Source: Candidatus Gottesmanbacteria bacterium (GTDB lineage: Bacteria; Patescibacteriota; Microgenomatia; UBA10105; UBA927). Taken from it: DNA of 64,000 bases. Shown one piece after another: positions 58,616 to 64,000 of this stretch. Below the pieces are notes generated by a model that saw only the letters and a list, made by a program, of their open reading frames with translations, had not been told where the DNA came from and ran no database searches. Numbering within the stretch: the stretch's first letter is position 1; each line of letters begins with the position of its first letter. Position numbers and translations under genes: made by a program. The stretch is taken from contig CAVQFA010000004.1 in the NCBI GenBank assembly GCA_963711735.1, positions 4,872 to 68,871 of the forward strand, read 5' to 3'.

Positions 58616-59935
58616 TCATTGTTCGTTATATACGAGGATTGTCCAAATTGATAGTAAAGAAATAATAAACAGAATCGCGAAATTGACGGTACGGAAAATT
58701 CTATTATGTTCAAACTTTGGAAATATTCCGGCAAGAGCACCAATTGCTACAATGCAGAGATACGTCCGAAACACGGGATATGAAAATCCTAACTTCTTAC
58801 CCCAGCTCTCCGCAAACATAGACAGACCTGTAACGACGAAAAACACCGCTGTAACAAAATAATTTTTATTTAAATACTCTTTCAAAAATACAGCTAATGA
58901 AATTGCCAGAAACGGATAAAACGGATAACGGTACCATCCGTGTAAAGGTTCGCTGGGGATGGCAAATACAAATATTGCACCGTACGACAAAAATCCTAAT
59001 ATTATCGGAAGATTTTTTTTGAGATTTTTGACAATGAGTAGCATCATTGATACCCACCCGAAATAAATCCATCCGTCAACCAAGGTTCGGTCGTCAACGA
59101 GTGGTTCCCGAAACATGACAAATAAACTGTCAAACGACATGGAATACCGGGCCAACTGTAACTTCCATAAGTTTATAAATACCTCTTTGTCTAATAATAA
59201 ACCGTATATAATAAATCCTGAGAACAAGATTGTTGTAGTAATTCCTATAGCTAATGCCGCTTTCCATTTTTTTGAAAAAATAAACATCGTCATTACCGCA
59301 ATCGATGCCGTAATCCAGGGAACTTTTGCAAGCGGAAGTAATGCACAAATAATTATTGTCACGAGTAAATCTTTTTGTGATGTGTGTTTTACGTATTTGT
59401 ACCCAAAATAGAGCGCCAGAAGAAAGAAAGGTATAAAAAAATTTTCGTTCTGGACGAGTCTGGAGCCGACTGCAACTGTCGGAATTATGGCGTAGATTCC
59501 GGATGCGATAAGTCCGATAACCTCACCATACACTGCTGAAGCTAATAAAAAAACGGAAAATATAGCAAGAATTCCTAACATAAGAGCAAGAGGACGGATT
59601 TTTGATACCGTAACCTGGTCGAAAGATGTAATACCGTTCAGTCGCGCAAATCCCCCTGCAATCAGACCGAATAATGGCGGGTGTTCCAAATACGGAGTTA
59701 CCAGTGTGAAATGCGCTCCCTGGGGATTAAAATACTCTACCCGCTTTTTATAAGCGGCATGCGGTGACCAGGATGTGGGAATTCCTTTTTCCCATATGCT
59801 AAGTCCCTGAAATGTCCACGCAAACTCGTCAAATGTTGCTCCCTCACGAGGCCAAATAGACAGATTATTGAAACGAATCAATCCTCCAATAATAAGAATT
59901 CCAAGTAAAATAGCATATGTTATCCGTTGTTTCAT
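58616..59935 (-). CDS. GT-C membrane glycosyltransferase (ArnT/PMT_2-like)
   Basis: TFDE first loop, EHPPL, SR....E, LAK, GWYRYP; about 11 TM helices. Confidence 0.78.
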   Translation of the reverse strand: MKQRITYAILLGILIIGGLIRFNNLSIWPREGATFDEFAWTFQGLSIWEKGIPTSWSPHAAYKKRVEYFNPQGAHFTLVTPYLEHPPLFGLIAGGFARLNGITSFDQVTVSKIRPLALMLGILAIFSVFLLASAVYGEVIGLIASGIYAIIPTVAVGSRLVQNENFFIPFFLLALYFGYKYVKHTSQKDLLVTIIICALLPLAKVPWITASIAVMTMFIFSKKWKAALAIGITTTILFSGFIIYGLLLDKEVFINLWKLQLARYSMSFDSLFVMFREPLVDDRTLVDGWIYFGWVSMMLLIVKNLKKNLPIILGFLSYGAIFVFAIPSEPLHGWYRYPFYPFLAISLAVFLKEYLNKNYFVTAVFFVVTGLSMFAESWGKKLGFSYPVFRTYLCIVAIGALAGIFPKFEHNRIFRTVNFAILFIISLLSIWTILVYNEQ

Positions 59936-59950
59936 ACGTATTAGTGTCGG

Positions 59951-61066
59951 TTATTTCATAGATGCATGAAGTAATGATAGACTTTGTTTCGTAACATCAT
60001 CCCATTTCAGACTATCGGCAAATGCTTTACCGTTTTTCTGATACAACTGATATTTAGAACTATCACCATATAAACGAATTGCTTCCCTGGCCATTTCCTG
60101 CGGGGAGTTATACTGCAGAACTACCCCGGTTTTTCCGTTTTTAACCACATCCTTCAAACCTTCTACGTTGTAAACAACAGATGGTGTTCCGACAGATGCA
60201 GCTTCCAGAACAACCAATCCCCACCCTTCTTTAACCGACGCATGCAGAAGTATGTGTGCATGTGACATTTCCTTAAATTTCTCTTTTTCAGAAACTCGGC
60301 CAACAAACACTACGTTATCGTGTGCGCCGTATTCGTCTATCATCATTTTAAGTTTTCTAATATAAAACTGTTCCCCGCTTCCGACAATTCTAAGCTGTGC
60401 TTGAGGAAAATCGTGAGATATAAATGAAAACGCCTTAATGACTTCTTCAATTCCTTTCATTTTCACAATCCTGCTGACAAAAAGAAATGTCGGTCTTATG
60501 GCTTTTTTCATTTTGAGATTCTGCGTAATAATTGTTGGATCATTTACGGATATCGGACAGGGAATTGCTATGCATTGATCAATAGGTATCCCTTTATGAA
60601 CTAATTCATTTATTGTTGACGGTGCGTCCGTCCAGAACAGACATGATTTATAGATTTTAAAATATAGCGTCTCGAAAAATTTTCCTATTATGTTAATCGG
60701 AAACGGAAACATAAAATCCCAAATATCTCCGGCTATTTCGTGTATAAATGCGACAACGGGTTTCCGTGTATATAAGGGAGTAAAAAACGGGATACCGTGT
60801 ATTTCATCAACTATTACATCAATATCTCTTTGATTCTTCAGAACGTAAAAGGGGGCAAGCAGATATACTCCAAAGGCATTACCACGCCTGATAATAGTAA
60901 CTCCGTCTATTGTTTCCAGGGATTTACACCCTTTAAACACAGACGTAAACCATGTAACTTTATGACCCGCCTTTACCCAACCTTTTGCGTGTTCGAGGGT
61001 GACTATTTCCGCCCCTCCGGATAATGGATTTTTCGGATCACGCCAATTAAGAATGAATATGTTCAT
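59951..61066 (-). CDS. GT4 glycosyltransferase
   Basis: NWRD..NP..GGAE, SRIVKMKG, KEGWGLVVLEA. Confidence 0.92.
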   Translation of the reverse strand: MNIFILNWRDPKNPLSGGAEIVTLEHAKGWVKAGHKVTWFTSVFKGCKSLETIDGVTIIRRGNAFGVYLLAPFYVLKNQRDIDVIVDEIHGIPFFTPLYTRKPVVAFIHEIAGDIWDFMFPFPINIIGKFFETLYFKIYKSCLFWTDAPSTINELVHKGIPIDQCIAIPCPISVNDPTIITQNLKMKKAIRPTFLFVSRIVKMKGIEEVIKAFSFISHDFPQAQLRIVGSGEQFYIRKLKMMIDEYGAHDNVVFVGRVSEKEKFKEMSHAHILLHASVKEGWGLVVLEAASVGTPSVVYNVEGLKDVVKNGKTGVVLQYNSPQEMAREAIRLYGDSSKYQLYQKNGKAFADSLKWDDVTKQSLSLLHASMK

Positions 61067-62076
61067 ACACGTTTAACAGAATATCCGTCGTAAGGTGATT
61101 TTACAAATATGTGGAATATTAATCCATACGAATATATGCAGAGAGTAATCATGCATGCAAATGGGTGAAAAAACCACGCTATATCGGGCTTTTTTATATA
61201 ACCTATTATCATTTGGAATATGAGAGGAACGATTGTAATACAGGAAATGATGAAAAATATAAACCTATATATATTTAAACTTACCCATGGGTACGTTCTG
61301 AATTTCTTATAATAATAATAGTCCCTCACCCTCCTATACTGCTTACGTATAAAAGTCAAAACGTCTGAACCGCAGAAAACGTGAATAATTCCTATTTTGA
61401 CTTTTGCAAAAATAATTGGCTCCGTATATGCTAAATTTGCTATGACGTCAACGTCAAATAAGTAATCGTCTGTTATCCGGCGTCCGGAAAAAACTGATTT
61501 TCTGAATATCGTTCCGTTTGCTCCTATTGTCGGAATATTTCTTCCGCTTAAAGAAACATCTATCCAGTTTCCCTTATCTTTACTATACAGTGAAAGTCCG
61601 GTCCATGTTCCGGTTAAATAGGAATACCTGTCATAATTGCCCAAAAACAAACAAATTGGATCATTCATACCTAAAAGCGCACTGTAACGGGTGATAAACC
61701 CGTCAGATCTTCTGTATGTGTATTCTATCGGTTCACTTCCGATAACTCCGGAATCCCTCAGGGGTTCGACCATTCGTTTAAACCAATCTCTTGAGGGAAG
61801 TATATTGTCCGAATCGATAAACGCAAGTAATTCGTATTTAGCATGGCGTAACCCGATCGCTTTTCCGGTTTCCCCTGTTTTCAGCGGATTTCTATAAATT
61901 TTTGTAGGATACCGTTTGGCAATTTTCAGAGTATTATCTTTGGAACCGCCATCAATAATAAGTATCTCAATATTCTTCCGGGGAAATTCCTGAGCGACAA
62001 TTGATTCCAGACATTCCTGTAAGTACTCCTCTGAGTTTAACGTCGGAATGATGACAGATATTCGTAATAAATACAT
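61063..62076 (-). CDS. GT2 glycosyltransferase with C-terminal TM helices
   Basis: IPTLNS, DGGSKDNT, FIDSDN, PTIGANG, FDVD, WFFHP. Confidence 0.9.
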   Translation of the reverse strand: MYLLRISVIIPTLNSEEYLQECLESIVAQEFPRKNIEILIIDGGSKDNTLKIAKRYPTKIYRNPLKTGETGKAIGLRHAKYELLAFIDSDNILPSRDWFKRMVEPLRDSGVIGSEPIEYTYRRSDGFITRYSALLGMNDPICLFLGNYDRYSYLTGTWTGLSLYSKDKGNWIDVSLSGRNIPTIGANGTIFRKSVFSGRRITDDYLFDVDVIANLAYTEPIIFAKVKIGIIHVFCGSDVLTFIRKQYRRVRDYYYYKKFRTYPWVSLNIYRFIFFIISCITIVPLIFQMIIGYIKKPDIAWFFHPFACMITLCIYSYGLIFHIFVKSPYDGYSVKRV

Positions 62077-62087
62077 TTTAGTAACAG

Positions 62088-63620
62088 TTACAGGTTAATA
62101 ATTTTTGGTGAAAAATCCGAAAGATGTCCGAAATACCTACGTAGCGCCATAAAATAATATTTAACATCAGACCAGTTTCTGACAGATGAAATTTTACGGA
62201 TAATATATGTGGGTGTTAAAAACACACTATACAATTCCCGGGTAAGTTGTAACATTTCGCTATCAGTAAGAGTTGATTTCATAATCTGTTTTCGCATATC
62301 ATAGTCTTCATAATTCGTAGTCAGCAACCATCCTTTTTCTTTACATTCCTTCCAAAGGGGTGTCCCGGGATACGGAATGACTATCGTTGCCTGCAGGGTA
62401 TCTACATACCCTTTATGAAAACATTTCCTCGCAAGAGCTATGGTACGTACAGCATCAGCATGCGTCTCCCACGGATATCCCAGCATGACCGTCAAGTGGG
62501 GTTCCAGACCAGCCTTTTTTGCCATACGGACACCCACCTCGATATTGTGTACCCTGAGTCCTTTATGAAGCTTATCGAGGGTTTTTTGGTTTGCCGATTC
62601 CATTCCGAAGAGTATGAAACGGAAGTTTGCCTGACCCATCAAATCATATTCTTCCTGTTTAAGGGCATTTAAGCGCATATTACAGCTATAGACGACCTTT
62701 TTGGAGTATCCGCTGTCAATCATAAGTCTGCAAAATGCACGTAAGTATGGACCGACCATAAACGTTCCGGCGTCATCAAATATTTCCTTCACGCCGTACG
62801 CGTCTACAACGTGTTTAACCTCGGCAAACAACCTTTCAGGGCTCATACGCCTATAGGTGCCTATCGGATTGATTGTGTGGTCCCAAATACAGAACGTACA
62901 GCGGTTCCACCAGCAATCCCTGCCTGAATACATATATGTCCCGGGTGTATATTTATAATTCCCGTTATGATACGCGTACAGTTTCCACTGTGTCAGATCC
63001 CGGTCTATAAGTGGTAAAGTATCGAGATTGTGTTTCAGGCTTGTGGGACCCGAGTTTGCATATTTTTTCTTATTTTTTCCTATTACTACCGCTTTTGGCT
63101 TATATTGTATTCTTCTGTCCCTTTCTCGCCACCAAATGCCACCCTCAAGCGGTACTTGGTTTGCTATGTGATCCAGAAGATTCGGTAATACGAAATCATA
63201 ATCCCCTCCTGTTATGACAAAATCTACCTGACTATTGTCAAATGATTCCGAAGGATCATATGTTACGTGATCGCCAACCAAAACTATCGCCATTGCCGGC
63301 ATTTCCTTCTTCAGCTGGTCTATTATTGCCCAGTGTTTCCTGATGACCGGGGATTTGGATTCCATCATCAGAATATCCGCCCTATATTCCCTTAGTTCCG
63401 ACAACCACGCTTCAATCGTCTGCTCCCGGGCAATACCGTCCATCCATTTCACTTCATATCCGTGAATCCTGGCATTTGTGGCGGCGTACGCGGGAACCAT
63501 AGGATATATGTTCGTTTTTGCATGAAAATACTGAAACTGCCTGTTTTGAGAGAGAAGCGGAGTACCTTTTGGGGACCCAAGCGGCGGATATCCTATTACC
63601 AGTTTTATTTTTTTGCTCAT
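62088..63620 (-). CDS. Cobalamin-binding-domain radical SAM enzyme (BchE/HpnJ-like architecture)
   Basis: N-terminal B12-binding-like domain (VGDHVT..P, VITGGDYD); GRDCWWNRCTFC, FDD, GMESA, MLGYP.ET, PYPGT. Confidence 0.85.
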   Translation of the reverse strand: MSKKIKLVIGYPPLGSPKGTPLLSQNRQFQYFHAKTNIYPMVPAYAATNARIHGYEVKWMDGIAREQTIEAWLSELREYRADILMMESKSPVIRKHWAIIDQLKKEMPAMAIVLVGDHVTYDPSESFDNSQVDFVITGGDYDFVLPNLLDHIANQVPLEGGIWWRERDRRIQYKPKAVVIGKNKKKYANSGPTSLKHNLDTLPLIDRDLTQWKLYAYHNGNYKYTPGTYMYSGRDCWWNRCTFCIWDHTINPIGTYRRMSPERLFAEVKHVVDAYGVKEIFDDAGTFMVGPYLRAFCRLMIDSGYSKKVVYSCNMRLNALKQEEYDLMGQANFRFILFGMESANQKTLDKLHKGLRVHNIEVGVRMAKKAGLEPHLTVMLGYPWETHADAVRTIALARKCFHKGYVDTLQATIVIPYPGTPLWKECKEKGWLLTTNYEDYDMRKQIMKSTLTDSEMLQLTRELYSVFLTPTYIIRKISSVRNWSDVKYYFMALRRYFGHLSDFSPKIINL

Positions 63621-63649
63621 TTGAATAGTGAAAAATGAAAGTATATTAA

Positions 63650-64000
63650 TTATTCCTCATATTCTTCCGACACAGGTCTGTTGAAAAACAGAAAACCCTG
63701 AATAAACCGTAATCCGTACCACATATGTGTCATCAATACTGCAGGAAGTGAAAGTATTCCAACTACAATCTTCTTAGAATAATATGTAATCCATAAAGCA
63801 TTTAAAAACAATAAAATAAGATAGAAAATAAATACTATTGTTATACCGATGAAAATTTCCGTAAATACGGTATTTTTAGAAAGTAACGAAAAAAATAACG
63901 TACCGAAATACAGGATACTGCCTATAGGCAAAAAAGCTGGTAAAAAGTATATTATACGCGCGGATGTCTTTGGAAAAATTCTGGCAAAATATCCCCTATG
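63650..64000 (-). CDS. C-terminal part of a GT2-like glycosyltransferase (5' end outside the window)
   Basis: Open frame from 64000: HRGYFARIFPKTSARIIYFLP..., TM helices, THMWYG.RFI.G. Confidence 0.7.
   Translation of the reverse strand, partial: HRGYFARIFPKTSARIIYFLPAFLPIGSILYFGTLFFSLLSKNTVFTEIFIGITIVFIFYLILLFLNALWITYYSKKIVVGILSLPAVLMTHMWYGLRFIQGFLFFNRPVSEEYEE

Noticed and set aside
58384-58743. 81-aa ORF and 232-bp AT-rich gap as a small gene or ncRNA
   Set aside because: The ORF overlaps the GT-C gene out of frame; no tRNA cloverleaf or stable structure seen, only a weak TTGATA-N19-TATAAT match
1-64000. Alternative genetic code (TGA=Gly, code 25)
   Set aside because: TGA ends conserved genes at the expected C-termini (murI, murC, murA, mraZ), often in ATGA overlaps
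1-64000. Visually frequent CCGG/TCCG words
   Set aside because: Dispersed within coding regions and consistent with codon usage; cannot be shown to be enriched without counting

Overview
A 64 kb bacterial chromosomal window in which every credible gene lies on the minus strand. Standard code 11 is used (TGA acts as stop). The compact, overlapping gene layout and protein families suggest a Patescibacteria/CPR genome, probably Microgenomates group (inference). Bases 1-18316 hold a division/cell-wall (dcw) cluster, read as mraZ, rsmH, ftsL-like, ftsI, pgeF, murC, murB, murA, archaeal-type glmU, CvpA-CAP, MBL hydrolase, YvlD/holin-like, dgkA, mraY, murI, ftsW, murG, ftsQ, ftsA and partial ftsZ. 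A 4x10-bp TGG array (MraZ-type operator) precedes it. It has no murD/murE/murF/ddl, and MraY lacks the HHH motif. Bases 18515-22934 hold a membrane-anchored hypothetical protein, alpha2-type glyQS, recO and a DUF4012-like protein. From 22992 past the window end runs a >41 kb surface-glycan locus: a priming phosphoglycosyltransferase, ManC, about 14 GT2/GT4 enzymes plus a half-GT4, six GT-C-like membrane proteins (one an O-antigen-ligase/TMTC-like fusion), UDP-xylose synthase, a ColD-like dehydratase, a tandem RfbE-like SDR pair, VioA-like aminotransferase, acetyl- and methyltransferases and a B12-binding radical SAM enzyme. galE and one GT2 each carry a single-base frameshift. No rRNA, tRNA, CRISPR or mobile element was recognised. 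All family calls come from motif recognition by eye; no searches were run.
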